Counted from the first letter of the stretch, positions 19,802 through 30,001 are shown. The stretch is DNA of 64,000 nucleotides from Planctomycetaceae bacterium (GCA_011523305.1 WTHB01000147.1:35-64034); one strand, 5' to 3'. A program made the numbers and translations. Notes: generated by a model not told the origin, from the sequence alone.

Positions 19802-21736
19802 TCATCCCGGTTTCTTCACTGGCTGAATCTTGTTTTTGATTTTGTTCACCGTCTTGTTGGCAGCGGCCTCCAATCCAGGAGTTTTGGCCGCTTCTTCAGC
19901 CACCGCAAGCGTTGCCGGGCTCGGATATCGCACAAGGATCTCAAGCACTGCCTTACGGTCCTCTTGTGCGGTAGCCGCAGCGAGTGCCTCGCGGCACATG
20001 GCCGCACGCTCTTCGTCGGAAAGGACAAACTGCCGGGCAATCCGCAGATACCCTCGCAAGGCCCGGGTTTTGAAGGTTCCACCGGGCTCAGCGGTCGCAA
20101 TCTCCAAGAGCACAGGCGCGGCATCCGCCGTCATCCACTTGCCCAACAAGCGGGTGGCGGCGTCCTCAAGAAACTGCTCGCCGGAGCTGCCAGCTTTGGC
20201 CATCGTCTCTACCGCCTTTGTCCCGCCAACCTCAGCGAGCACCTCGAGCAACATCACCTTCATTCCGGTTGGCGTTGCAGCCAGAGCAGCGGCGAGTTTG
20301 GCCGCACAGCCCTCGCGATCCGGCATCCGCACACTCGCTTCTCGTAGCGCCGTCCGGGCGGCTTCCCCCTCGGTGTCGCTCTTCGGTGTCGTCGCCGCCC
20401 CAATCAGGAGGTCGAGATGCTCAAGGTCAATGATCGAACCCAACGCCAGGATGGAAGCGGTACGCACGTTTGCATCGGGATGGTCGACCAGCGGCAGCAG
20501 GTCGGTGATGGCGTCGATCCGGCGGCGGCCGATCAGTTCCACAATTGCAGGCAGGGTGTCCGCGTCCGCTTTGCTCAGTTGCTGGGTGATCACGAGATCG
20601 ACTGCCTCACCGGGAAGCACAGCAACCGCCGACCGCGCTGCCTCAGCGATCTCGTGATCGTCATCGGTCATCACCGCCAGGAGGGTTCTGGTCACGGCAG
20701 CATCACCCATCTGCCCAAGCCCCCTGATTGCGGCGAGCCGAACCGGCTTCTCGCCCGTTCCGGCTGCCTTGGTCAGCGGTGCGAGCACAGACTCTCTTGC
20801 GTGTCCCGCACTTCGCTCGACGAGCACGTCGATCAGAATTGTCGCCCGGTCCATGGCCCCTTCGGCCGTGGACCGCTCAAACTGCTTCACAAGTGCTGCG
20901 TCGACCGCGGCGGCCAACGCCTCGTCTCGTGCATCACTGCGGCCAAGGTCGCGGGCCGTGAACACCGCCATGTTGGCAAGCCGCCGATTGGGCGACTGAA
21001 GTGCTTCAACCAGCAGCGGGATCCCAGCAATCCCCTTGGCAATAACCATGCCACGGATCGCCTCGGCCCGACGCTGATCAGACACCGCTGCCGACTGGAT
21101 ACGGTCAAAGAGCGCGAGTGCCTCATCGGTCCTTCCCGCCGACTGGAGATTGGCCGCGCAGAGCACCGCAGCTCGCGCTAGGCTATCGAGCCGCTCTGCT
21201 GATGACGCCTTTCCAATGGCCCCAGCCAACGCGGCCGCCGCTTTCTCACTGGCAATCTGTCCAAGTGACCAGGCCGCCGCCCCGGCTATTTCAGCGTCGT
21301 CTGCAGCCAGTTTGTCGGCCAGCAGCGGCACGGCCGCGGCATCCCGACGGACGCCGAGCGACGTCAGCACCCCCACCAGCAGCCGTCCGTCAAGGTTGCC
21401 CGCAGCCTCACGCAGTGCTGCTGATGCCTCATCACCAGGAATTGCCTCCAGGGCAATCCGAGCCCAAGAGGCGAGCCGTGGATTCGCGAGGAGTTCGGCC
21501 AGGTCATCCACCGCTGCGGCTGAGCCGTTCACGGCCAGAAACTTGCAGGTAATCGCCTTGTCGGCCTCAGGAGCATCGCTCCGTAAAACCGCCAGCTGTT
21601 CCGCCTCGGTTGCCTGCGGCCCTGGAGCAGCAACCGCAGGCACCGCCACCAGCACCACGAAGGCCGCTACCAGCCCCGGCACGATCATCGACGTCAGGAA
21701 TCTTCCTGTGTGTTTCATTCTTGTGTTCCCATTCAT
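19802..21736 (-). CDS. Exported HEAT/PBS-lyase repeat protein
   Basis: Signal peptide then HEAT-like repeats (WARIALEAIP, AAAWSLGQI, RLAAIRGLGQMG, ALRGYLRIAR); ATG 21736 overlaps upstream stop (ATGA). Confidence 0.82.
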   Translation of the reverse strand: MNGNTRMKHTGRFLTSMIVPGLVAAFVVLVAVPAVAAPGPQATEAEQLAVLRSDAPEADKAITCKFLAVNGSAAAVDDLAELLANPRLASWARIALEAIPGDEASAALREAAGNLDGRLLVGVLTSLGVRRDAAAVPLLADKLAADDAEIAGAAAWSLGQIASEKAAAALAGAIGKASSAERLDSLARAAVLCAANLQSAGRTDEALALFDRIQSAAVSDQRRAEAIRGMVIAKGIAGIPLLVEALQSPNRRLANMAVFTARDLGRSDARDEALAAAVDAALVKQFERSTAEGAMDRATILIDVLVERSAGHARESVLAPLTKAAGTGEKPVRLAAIRGLGQMGDAAVTRTLLAVMTDDDHEIAEAARSAVAVLPGEAVDLVITQQLSKADADTLPAIVELIGRRRIDAITDLLPLVDHPDANVRTASILALGSIIDLEHLDLLIGAATTPKSDTEGEAARTALREASVRMPDREGCAAKLAAALAATPTGMKVMLLEVLAEVGGTKAVETMAKAGSSGEQFLEDAATRLLGKWMTADAAPVLLEIATAEPGGTFKTRALRGYLRIARQFVLSDEERAAMCREALAAATAQEDRKAVLEILVRYPSPATLAVAEEAAKTPGLEAAANKTVNKIKNKIQPVKKPG

Positions 21737-23019
21737 GCCTGCCACGGCTCCCGCCGCGCCTCCGAGCGCAACCGGTTGGCGGCCTCATCATCGATGAACC
21801 GGTAGGTCTCCAGGTCGAGCTTCACCGGTCGTCCAAGATAAATCGCGATATTGGCAGCGTGACAGGCGAGATGAGCATTGCAGGCTGCCACAGCATTGCC
21901 CTTGGGCTTGCCGCGTGTCTTGACACAATCCAGAAAGTCACGGACGTGGAACGTGGCCGGGTACCCACCGATCTCCTCGACCTTGCGGCCGGCGAGTAGT
22001 TCCGGGGAGGACAGCACCATCTGGCCGCTATCACCGGCCTCAACCCAGCCTTCAGTTCCCTCGAACCGCACGGGGCAGGAGCCCAGCGGTATCCAGCCCT
22101 TCTCGCGAAACACGAGTTCCACCCCATCGGCATAGCGACAGACAAGCTCGTCTTTCTTCGGTGGTGCATAGTCCACCGGTGGTGGGCAGTCGTTGACCGC
22201 CCACTGGCAGAGATCCACACAGTGCGAGCCCCACTCGAGCACCCCGCCCCCCACTAGGCCGCCACCCTTCTCAAAGTTAAACCCATCCGCAAACGTGCGG
22301 GCGTTGAACGGCCGCCAGGCAGCGGGACCAAGATACATGTCCCAGTCGTCGACCGATGCATCGGGCATGGGCTGGGCCGGCAGCCAGCCGCTGGTCTTTG
22401 CCGTCATGCCTCGGGGATGGGCGTAGACGCGAGTCAGCTTGCCGAGCCGGCCGGTCCGGGCCAGTTCACAGGCAAACGCAAAGTGAGGCAGGTTCCGCCG
22501 CTGGGTGCCCGCCTGAAACACCGTGCCACAGCGGTGCATCGTGTCGCGGTGGGCAAGCGTCTCAACAATGTTTTTTGTACAAGGCTTTTCGCAATAGATA
22601 TCCTTGCCCGCAAGCGCCGCCTCCATCGCCATCAGGGCATGCCAGTTGGGACCGGTGGCGATCAGGACCGCGTCGATATCGTCGCGATCGAGCAGGTCCC
22701 GAAAGTCGCGGTAGGTTGTGCAGGCCGTTGTGCCATGGTGCGCGTCGACCTTGGCCTTAAGATGGCTGCGGCGGCCTTCCTTGACGTCGCAGATCGCAGT
22801 GAACTGCACGTCGGGCTGTTCGAGAAAGCAACCGAGGTCATACTCGCCACGACGACCAATGCCGATTCCACCGACGACAATCCGCTCACTCGGCGGCACG
22901 GCACCGTCGAGCCCGAGAGCCGTAGCAGGGATAATCGTGGGGGCAGCGATGGCTACTCCACTTGCCAGGCTTCCGCGAATAAAGTCGCGGCGGCTCGGTG
23001 GATGTGATGCAGGCTGCAT
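21733..23019 (-). CDS. Tat-exported Gfo/Idh/MocA family NAD-dependent oxidoreductase
   Basis: SRRDFIRG Tat motif, GGIGIGRRG, IATGPNWH, KDIYCEKP, QAGTQRR, WGSHCVD; AAGGAG SD before ATG 23019. Confidence 0.9.
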   Translation of the reverse strand: MQPASHPPSRRDFIRGSLASGVAIAAPTIIPATALGLDGAVPPSERIVVGGIGIGRRGEYDLGCFLEQPDVQFTAICDVKEGRRSHLKAKVDAHHGTTACTTYRDFRDLLDRDDIDAVLIATGPNWHALMAMEAALAGKDIYCEKPCTKNIVETLAHRDTMHRCGTVFQAGTQRRNLPHFAFACELARTGRLGKLTRVYAHPRGMTAKTSGWLPAQPMPDASVDDWDMYLGPAAWRPFNARTFADGFNFEKGGGLVGGGVLEWGSHCVDLCQWAVNDCPPPVDYAPPKKDELVCRYADGVELVFREKGWIPLGSCPVRFEGTEGWVEAGDSGQMVLSSPELLAGRKVEEIGGYPATFHVRDFLDCVKTRGKPKGNAVAACNAHLACHAANIAIYLGRPVKLDLETYRFIDDEAANRLRSEARREPWQA

Positions 23020-23221
23020 CGGAATGGACTCCTTCTGATTGGAGGCTGGTTTCCTGGACATCACCTCTCTTATGTCCTCCCCCTGGCGACCTTACGAGCA
23101 ACCCACGTGGCCACGCTCTTCAAAAGCGAAGCCGGTGGGGCGTACCCAGAGGACGAGTACCGTAACCCCGGGTTGACGCAGCGGTCAAACCAGCGAGCCA
23201 GCCTGCGTTCCGGCGTGCCTC

Positions 23222-24841
23222 TTAGGGTTCAATCAAGCCCTGCTCACGTCGCTCGGCATTCAGTTCTCTGACGATTTCTGTGATCTTCGTAGCCTTGCTT
23301 GGATCAGGCTTGGACACCCATTCACCAGAACCTTTCCAGTCAGGGCGAGACCATGCACGAACATAGTCGATGCGATAGGTTGCGGGAAATTCCTGGTCCT
23401 TTGGAAACGGCAGCCAGCCCATGAATTCCATATCAAAGATCATGCGTTCCGGAACGTGCCATGCGACGTTCCGCGTGGTCCGAATACAGTGGCCGTCAAC
23501 GAAGGAGCGAATCCATTCCGGGGACCAGACGAAGTTGATCGTGTGGTAGCCCTCGTGCCAGACGAAGGGAGCCTCCCAATTCGCCCAGTTCGCCCAATGG
23601 CGATCGGTCTCGGGCTCCTTGCTCACGTGCATGTTCATACCAAACCGTTTTTCATGACCAGGGCAGCCGGCTGGGAGCTCAAACACATCCAGTTCATTCC
23701 CTCGAACAATCGGCTTGCCACCTGATTCTGACTCTTTCTGCGCACTGCCGATGAACCACCATGAACTGGTGCAGGTGGTGTTTGCCACCTTGACGCGAAC
23801 CTCGAAGCATCCGTAGGTCACCGCTGTCTTGGATACAACACTCGACGCCGAATAATCTTCATATCGGCGAGTTTGTCCCTCATAGAACGTCACGCTGGGA
23901 AGCGTGGGATCCTTTTTCACCATCAACTGCAATTCACCATCACGAACGCGAACGTTTTCTGGGAGAAATCGGCCCGGAATGCGGCCATGCCAAAGCGGAT
24001 TGTGGTCCCACCATTTCACCGCATCGAGGGCATCGCCAGCAAACTCATCCGTCATCGCATCGTACACCTGCCAATTGCCGACGTTGGCCTGATCGATGAG
24101 CGGCAACGCAGGATTGTTGTGCGAGGGCGTGGCCGGAACTGGTCCTCGATGCGTCCAGCCTCCAACGTCACGGGCGGCATCGACGCTCCATTTGCGAACC
24201 AGATAGTCCTGCACCGCCTCAAAATCAGCAGGATTTCGAAACGCGTGATCATAGATTAGCAACTCGGCAACATCGGCCTGCATGCCCACGGATTTGTTCT
24301 CGCTGGCCAAACCACCAATCACAACAGGCAGTCCGGCGACGTCCATTTTTGACGTGGAATAGATGGCGAACTCGAATGCTTCCGCACTGCCGCGTGGTGG
24401 CATCGACATTGCCAGTCCGTTGCCTTCATTGTCATTTTTGCCGCTCTCTGCCGCGCTGATGAGTCGCTGCCACTTCTTCTCGGACGCCTGCTCAGCAGTG
24501 CGTCGGGCAACAACGAACACCGTAACTGGTCCAGTCGCATCTCTCAGTTTCGGTGTCCGCAGCAGTGTCGGCTTGCCGTCGAGAGCAAAGCGGACCATTG
24601 GTGGCTGTTCGTTCAAAAGCGTGGGACCAATTCCTTCCGCTTCTGCGTGATGTCCCTTCGGCGACTTGTCCCGCCACTGCGAAATCCGGCTCACCCCATC
24701 CTTTCTCATTGACTCCGCATCCGCAGCATCCAGCCAGAGCACCAGCCTCTCCTGCGGCGGAGCTTCAGCCCGCACTGGCGTGCTTCCACACCAGACACAC
24801 AAGAACAGCAGCACCCAGTGTCGTGCCAGCAGTTTCGTCAT
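23222..24841 (-). CDS. Glycoside hydrolase family 16 (beta-porphyranase/agarase-like) with N-terminal LamG-like domain
   Basis: Catalytic ELDVFE (ExDxxE), DEFAGDALDAVKWWDHNPLWHGRIPGRF, IDYVRAW; N-terminal LWLDAAD...WRDKS...AELLIYDHA; signal peptide from 24841. Confidence 0.85.
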   Translation of the reverse strand: MTKLLARHWVLLFLCVWCGSTPVRAEAPPQERLVLWLDAADAESMRKDGVSRISQWRDKSPKGHHAEAEGIGPTLLNEQPPMVRFALDGKPTLLRTPKLRDATGPVTVFVVARRTAEQASEKKWQRLISAAESGKNDNEGNGLAMSMPPRGSAEAFEFAIYSTSKMDVAGLPVVIGGLASENKSVGMQADVAELLIYDHAFRNPADFEAVQDYLVRKWSVDAARDVGGWTHRGPVPATPSHNNPALPLIDQANVGNWQVYDAMTDEFAGDALDAVKWWDHNPLWHGRIPGRFLPENVRVRDGELQLMVKKDPTLPSVTFYEGQTRRYEDYSASSVVSKTAVTYGCFEVRVKVANTTCTSSWWFIGSAQKESESGGKPIVRGNELDVFELPAGCPGHEKRFGMNMHVSKEPETDRHWANWANWEAPFVWHEGYHTINFVWSPEWIRSFVDGHCIRTTRNVAWHVPERMIFDMEFMGWLPFPKDQEFPATYRIDYVRAWSRPDWKGSGEWVSKPDPSKATKITEIVRELNAERREQGLIEP

Positions 24842-25361
24842 CGGATTGTTTCTCGCAGTTGATTCACCATGACAGCCCGTCCACGAGGATGAGCCTTCTT
24901 CAATGGAGACCCTGCCCTCGACACCTGACCCGTTCGCTTCAAGGAGACCATATCGAAAGCAAGAATCCAGGTGGGGCTGCAAACCATGGGGAGGCAACGG
25001 TGCTACCACGGGGCACGGGAGGTAAAGGGTTTTTTAGTGACACGACCCACCCACGGAGGTGACACTCAGCTCCTCTGCCGTCAAGCAGACATGCGTGGGG
25101 GCTGGCAATCTCTTGGTCCGCTCTGGGCGATTTGCTCGACCCGTTCGGCTGGGTGTGAGCGAAAACGTCGAGTTCGCATCGCTCGGTCTCGATGCTGACG
25201 GGCACCCAATCGGGGTTGTCGTCACTCCTCCGCGCTCGCAGGCTCGCGAGGCTCCTCGCTTCTGATGTAGTCTGGCTGGAAAACATCCCTGTTCAAAAGG
25301 CGAGGCGTGCCTCACTGTTGCGTCGTGCCGACGGCTGTGCCTTGCGAAGGAAATTTCGGTT

Positions 25362-26312
25362 ATGAGCAAGAAACCAAGACAGATGCGTATCGTCGCTGGC
25401 CTGCTGCTGGCTGTTTGGTTGACACAGGCACCTCCTCTGCACGCACACTCTCAAGACGCCAGCCTGAAGGTCATGTCATACAACATTTTCCGCGGCGGTA
25501 CGCAGCGTGGGCAGCCACTCTCGCAGACTGCCAAGGTGATTCAGCACGCGAAGGCCGACGTGGTCGGCGTCCAGGAAACGCGTTCCCCGCGTGGCGATAA
25601 CGCGGAACAATTGGCGGAGTTGTTGGGCTGGAATCACAGCGTGGGCAACAAGGTCACGATCTTGACTCACTATGAGATTGTCGAGCAGCTTCGCAGTGGC
25701 ATCAAAGTCAAACTGCCTACCGGCAAGGAGGCCTACGTCTTCAACCTGCACCTGCCGTCGAACCCTTACCAGCCCTACCAACTTCTAGGCATTCAGCCGA
25801 AGTGGCACAAACACAAAAACACTCCTTTCATCACAACAGAGGCGGAGGCAATCGCCGCCGCCAGCGCGGCCCGTGGGAAAGAGATCACAACCCTGCTTCA
25901 GGAGATCCGTTCACTGCCCGACCAACAGGCACCCGTGTTTGTCGTCGGCGATTTCAACGAACCATCCCACCTCGATTGGACCGAAAACGCGGCGAAGGCC
26001 GGTCGCCACCCACTTTCAGTGGCCTATCCCACTTCCCGGAAGATGGCCAGCGCCGGCTTTGCCGATGCCTGGCGAGCAGTGCATGCCGACGAGATGACCC
26101 GACCGGGCTTCACCTGGTCCCCGCTCACAGCAGCCGATGACCCAAAGGATCACCATGACCGCATCGACTTTGTCTACTTCAAAGGCGAAGGAGTTGATGT
26201 GACGGAGGCGAAGATTGTCGGTGAAAACGAGGCCCATGCAGACATCGTGGTCTTACCCTACCCATCTGACCATCGGTCCGTGGTGGCGACTTTTGTATTT
26301 CGCAGTCCATGA
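25362..26312 (+). CDS. Secreted endonuclease/exonuclease/phosphatase family protein
   Basis: MSYNI, GVQET, VGDFNEP, DRIDFVY, PSDHR motifs; signal peptide. Confidence 0.88.
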   Translation: MSKKPRQMRIVAGLLLAVWLTQAPPLHAHSQDASLKVMSYNIFRGGTQRGQPLSQTAKVIQHAKADVVGVQETRSPRGDNAEQLAELLGWNHSVGNKVTILTHYEIVEQLRSGIKVKLPTGKEAYVFNLHLPSNPYQPYQLLGIQPKWHKHKNTPFITTEAEAIAAASAARGKEITTLLQEIRSLPDQQAPVFVVGDFNEPSHLDWTENAAKAGRHPLSVAYPTSRKMASAGFADAWRAVHADEMTRPGFTWSPLTAADDPKDHHDRIDFVYFKGEGVDVTEAKIVGENEAHADIVVLPYPSDHRSVVATFVFRSP

Positions 26313-26353
26313 ACCATGGCAACGTCGAACTGACCGACCGTGCTCGGCATGGT

Positions 26354-27814
26354 TCACTGAGCCAACGCGGCCCCTGCCAGCCGATGCCTCCAGCCCACCG
26401 GCTGGGTCCAGGCCTCGGCTCGCTGCTCCGGCCACACCGGATCCCGCGGAGGCTGACTTGAGGTCACCACCGCCCGCACATACAGCTCTTCCCCGGTCAG
26501 CTGATACTCCGCCGCCAGTCCTTCAACTCGCCCCACCTCAATTCCAATACGGGGTGCCTCAGCGTCACCCTTGGGGAAGGAGGCGATAAATCGCGTCGTG
26601 AAGGTGGCGTCATCATCGGGCTCAATCGTGAGGCTAAGCCTCTGGCTTTCCAGATCATAGTCACACCGGGTCAGCGTAATGCCGGTCGATGCATAGAAGG
26701 AACCAGCCTTCATCGCTCGCAAAATTTTTTCTGGGGTCAGGTAAGTTGCCTGAACCATCACCCACCCCCGCCCCGGCCGTGAAAAGTTTCCTTCCTGCTC
26801 GGCGGCGTGATAGTTGTGGCAGTCGTCCGTGGCCACGCCAAACAATGGTGGTGTTTGCAGGTCATCAAGCCGAATGGTGTTCGCGATATCCCAGAGCGTT
26901 TCAACAGACGGGTGATCCTTGTCACCCCGCTGATTGACCCCCGGATGCCCGTTGAACACCTCCACATGGCGTTCCAGGGTTGCCTGGGCGAGGTCAGCAG
27001 CGGTCACCCCCCACCCGAAGTTGGGATGGTTGAGATGGGCAAGGATCTCCCGGCCTGACCGCTCCGCCTGATCCTGCACCGCCCGAAGATTGGCCTGGAT
27101 CGCCTCGGCCACGGTTTCTCCACCAACCGGCTGAATCGCCTCCTCAATATTACTGGCGTTGATGTGCAACGGCTTGCCCGCCACGCGATCGCTGATCTCC
27201 TCCCCAGGAATCATCAAAAAACGTCCCCGCTCCTCTACCAGACAGCGAAACTCATCGAACGGCTTGAGTCGAATCTCGGCTGTCTCATTTCGCGTCCGCC
27301 GCTCAACCCAGGCAGGCCCAAAACGCTCGAGATAGGTTTCAATCACCTGGTCTCCGCCCCGCTTGATGACTTTTTTCTCGGCGATCCAGCGTTTGCCTGA
27401 CGCGAAGATGTTGTGATCCGACAGTGCCAGGAAGTGGTATTCATGATCGCGGTACCAGGCGGCCACCATCTCCGGAAAATCATCCCCGTCACTCCAGAGC
27501 GTGTGGGTATGCAGATTACCCTTCCACCACTTTGGTGCTGCGTTGGCCAGCTCCGGATCAGCAGCACCCGCCACCCGCAGGGCCGCGACCACCAGGGCGA
27601 GCCCGAAGCATGCCGCCCGTAGACCGCCCCGCACCGCCAGTGACGCATGGTCTCCAGATTGTCGCGGGGACCGCGATGGTTCGTATTTTCTCAAAACCCG
27701 CATCGACTCTACCCGCATCGACTGAAGTTGAACCGGTGTCACAGTGGGCCCCTCGTTGCTTGCGTCATACCGTGTTGCCTCTGCCGTCGCGGACCATGAC
27801 CGCCGGGCGAACAC
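26354..27814 (-). CDS. Secreted PHP-like (CehA/McbA-type) metallohydrolase
   Basis: WWKGNLHTHTLWSDG, LSDHN, PGEEIS, NHPNF, ATDDCH; real start likely downstream of 27814. Confidence 0.8.
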   Translation of the reverse strand: MFARRSWSATAEATRYDASNEGPTVTPVQLQSMRVESMRVLRKYEPSRSPRQSGDHASLAVRGGLRAACFGLALVVAALRVAGAADPELANAAPKWWKGNLHTHTLWSDGDDFPEMVAAWYRDHEYHFLALSDHNIFASGKRWIAEKKVIKRGGDQVIETYLERFGPAWVERRTRNETAEIRLKPFDEFRCLVEERGRFLMIPGEEISDRVAGKPLHINASNIEEAIQPVGGETVAEAIQANLRAVQDQAERSGREILAHLNHPNFGWGVTAADLAQATLERHVEVFNGHPGVNQRGDKDHPSVETLWDIANTIRLDDLQTPPLFGVATDDCHNYHAAEQEGNFSRPGRGWVMVQATYLTPEKILRAMKAGSFYASTGITLTRCDYDLESQRLSLTIEPDDDATFTTRFIASFPKGDAEAPRIGIEVGRVEGLAAEYQLTGEELYVRAVVTSSQPPRDPVWPEQRAEAWTQPVGWRHRLAGAALAQ

Positions 27815-27865
27815 AGGCGTACCCTACCGTTGCACCCAGCGGCGGGCAACCAAACCGCTCACCCG

Positions 27866-28777
27866 TCACAGCCCCGGCGGCTTCTCACCGAGAAGCCGCA
27901 CACGGCCGGGCAGCACACGAATGTCCAGCGGCAGTTCCCCACCCGGGTCACCATCAAGCTGATACGGCACCGAGGCCTCTGACTCAAACCGCAGCCAGGT
28001 CGCCCGTTCAATGTGCGTGTCGTCCCAGGCGTGATGCCCACCCCAGACCACACCATAGAGATATCGCAGGCCGTTCCACCAGTGCCCTCGGCGGAAGCAG
28101 CAGACATCGAGCAGCCCGTCAGCCGGATCACCTGCTTTCACAAATTGTAGTCCGAGGGCATACCGGGGAAGATTGAAGACGTACGCCCAGCGGGCCACCA
28201 CCGGTGGCCCGCCTTCCGACGATGCCATCCGAATCACTGGATACCGATACCGGGCAACAGCCTCGACAATCGGGCCCAACCATGTGCTGTGCCGAATGTG
28301 ACCAGTGCGACGGGCGTCAACCAACCGAACCACCTCAGCATCGAAGCCAAGCGAAGCGACTGACAGAAAGAGGCGGCCATTCGCTTCACCCGCGTCGATC
28401 GTGAAGTTCTTCCCTTTATCAATCCGTTCACAGAGGCGGTCAATGTCACGATCGAAGCCAAGCTGCCGTGCCAGCAGGTTCTCGGTCCCCAAGGGCAACA
28501 CCGCAATTGGAAGCGAACGGTCCGCCCAGTTCGCAACCATGCCGACCGTGCCATCACCACCAGCGCAGACCACACACGTCAACTCGGCAGACTGCTGGTC
28601 TACCTGATTCGGCATTGTCTGGAGGCACCGCCTGATCGTCTCCGGATCACACTCCCGACTTACCCGGAAGCCACGCTCCGCAAGACCTCGCACTAATTGG
28701 TCGAGCAGCCGACCTGCATCAGCCGCCCCGGCCCGCGGATTCTCCGCAATCAGTACGGTCCGTTCGCTGCTCGCCAT
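27866..28777 (-). CDS. Diacylglycerol kinase family (YegS/DgkB-like) lipid kinase
   Basis: NPRAG, GGDGTV, PLGTENLLAR, YQLDGDP. Confidence 0.9.
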   Translation of the reverse strand: MASSERTVLIAENPRAGAADAGRLLDQLVRGLAERGFRVSRECDPETIRRCLQTMPNQVDQQSAELTCVVCAGGDGTVGMVANWADRSLPIAVLPLGTENLLARQLGFDRDIDRLCERIDKGKNFTIDAGEANGRLFLSVASLGFDAEVVRLVDARRTGHIRHSTWLGPIVEAVARYRYPVIRMASSEGGPPVVARWAYVFNLPRYALGLQFVKAGDPADGLLDVCCFRRGHWWNGLRYLYGVVWGGHHAWDDTHIERATWLRFESEASVPYQLDGDPGGELPLDIRVLPGRVRLLGEKPPGL

Positions 28778-29018
28778 CCGTTCTCACCCAACCAACGAGT
28801 CCCAAGAGCCATCTGCTGCGGCCTCCTAGCCGCCATTGTGCCACGCCACGTGAAAACGGTGCCATCTGACCACCACCGACCCAACCAGTCCGCGAAACCC
28901 TGTGGCCTGGGTGATGCCACCCGGTTCGCACGATTCGCCACATTCGCCGCGAAGATTTTTTCATTTTCCGGCCACTCGCTTCGAAACCAGCGAGCCGAGT
29001 AGTGCGTATGTTTGAAGC

Positions 29019-29969
29019 ATGACCACACCTCTCCAGGCCAGCCGACTGATCCGCAATCACATAAGCCTCAGCCTGCTCTGGCTCGTGCTCATGAGCGGCA
29101 TCAGCCCTGCAGCCAGCCCGGCAGGCGTTGTTGACGACACTGCGCTGGCTCGCCGCTTCGTCGAGGGTCTTGCGGCCGTCGTCGCGGCGGGTGACAACTT
29201 CACGCTCACCTCTGAACAGGCTGCCCGACAACTTGCCACCGCTGCAGGCAACCAGGCTCCCCTGCCACTCACAGAAACCCTCTGTACCCTCCAGGCCGAC
29301 CGATCACTCTACAAGGCGGTGACGCCGGCGATCGTGGTTGTCGGCTCAATCTACAAATGCGGCAACTGCGCCGACTGGCATCTGGGAGGGATGGCCAGTG
29401 GCTGGATCCTCTCCGCAGATGGTCTGGTGGTGACCAATCATCACGTTCTGGGCGAGTCTGCCTCGCATCGGTTTGGAGTGATGACTGCCGACGGCACGGT
29501 CTACCCGATCTCCAGGGTCGTCGCGGCTGACGAAGCCGGGGATGCGGTCATCGTTCGCATCGACACCGGAGGGAGCCGGCTGCCGTCCCTGATGCTGGGC
29601 ACACCTGCCGACTGCGGTGACGACGTCACCGTCATCAGCCATCCGGCCGGCCGCTTCTACAGCCTGACCACTGGCGTTGTGTCGAGATACCACCGCCAGC
29701 CACCGGAGCCGACGAAATTTACTCCCGACCAGCCAGCGGGGCAGACCATTCGCCCCGTCTGGATGAGCATCACCGCCGACTATGCCGTCGGCAGCAGTGG
29801 CGGTCCGGTCTTTGACGAGGCTGGTCGCGTCGTCGGCATGGTCTCTCGGACCTATTCCAGTCAGGCAGGCCGCAACCACCGCCGGCAGAGCACCCTTGGC
29901 GAACAGATGGTCTTCAAAGATTGCGTCTCACTCGACACGCTGCAGAGACTCATCCGTCCCGCACCCTAA
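29019..29969 (+). CDS. Secreted trypsin-like serine protease without PDZ domain
   Basis: VVTNHHV (His), GDAVI (Asp), VGSSGGPV (Ser); signal peptide; CGNCADWH insert. Confidence 0.85.
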   Translation: MTTPLQASRLIRNHISLSLLWLVLMSGISPAASPAGVVDDTALARRFVEGLAAVVAAGDNFTLTSEQAARQLATAAGNQAPLPLTETLCTLQADRSLYKAVTPAIVVVGSIYKCGNCADWHLGGMASGWILSADGLVVTNHHVLGESASHRFGVMTADGTVYPISRVVAADEAGDAVIVRIDTGGSRLPSLMLGTPADCGDDVTVISHPAGRFYSLTTGVVSRYHRQPPEPTKFTPDQPAGQTIRPVWMSITADYAVGSSGGPVFDEAGRVVGMVSRTYSSQAGRNHRRQSTLGEQMVFKDCVSLDTLQRLIRPAP

Positions 29970-30001
29970 CGGCATTCTGTGGAGTGCTCGCTGCCCCCTG
30001 C

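Noticed and set aside
23056-23077. Inverted repeat GGACAT-N10-ATGTCC that could sequester a start codon
   Set aside because: Only a 6-bp stem, and a better SD/ATG lies at 23019, so regulatory relevance is unsupported
24666-24678. TTGTCCCGCCACT resembling the tRNA 3' end (possible attR)
   Set aside because: Short, imperfect match lying inside the intact GH16 coding sequence; likely chance
24842-25361. 520-bp intergenic gap with short ORFs (possible gene remnant or RNA)
   Set aside because: No recognisable protein motif, terminal repeats or convincing RNA structure; probably a divergent promoter region or decayed DNA
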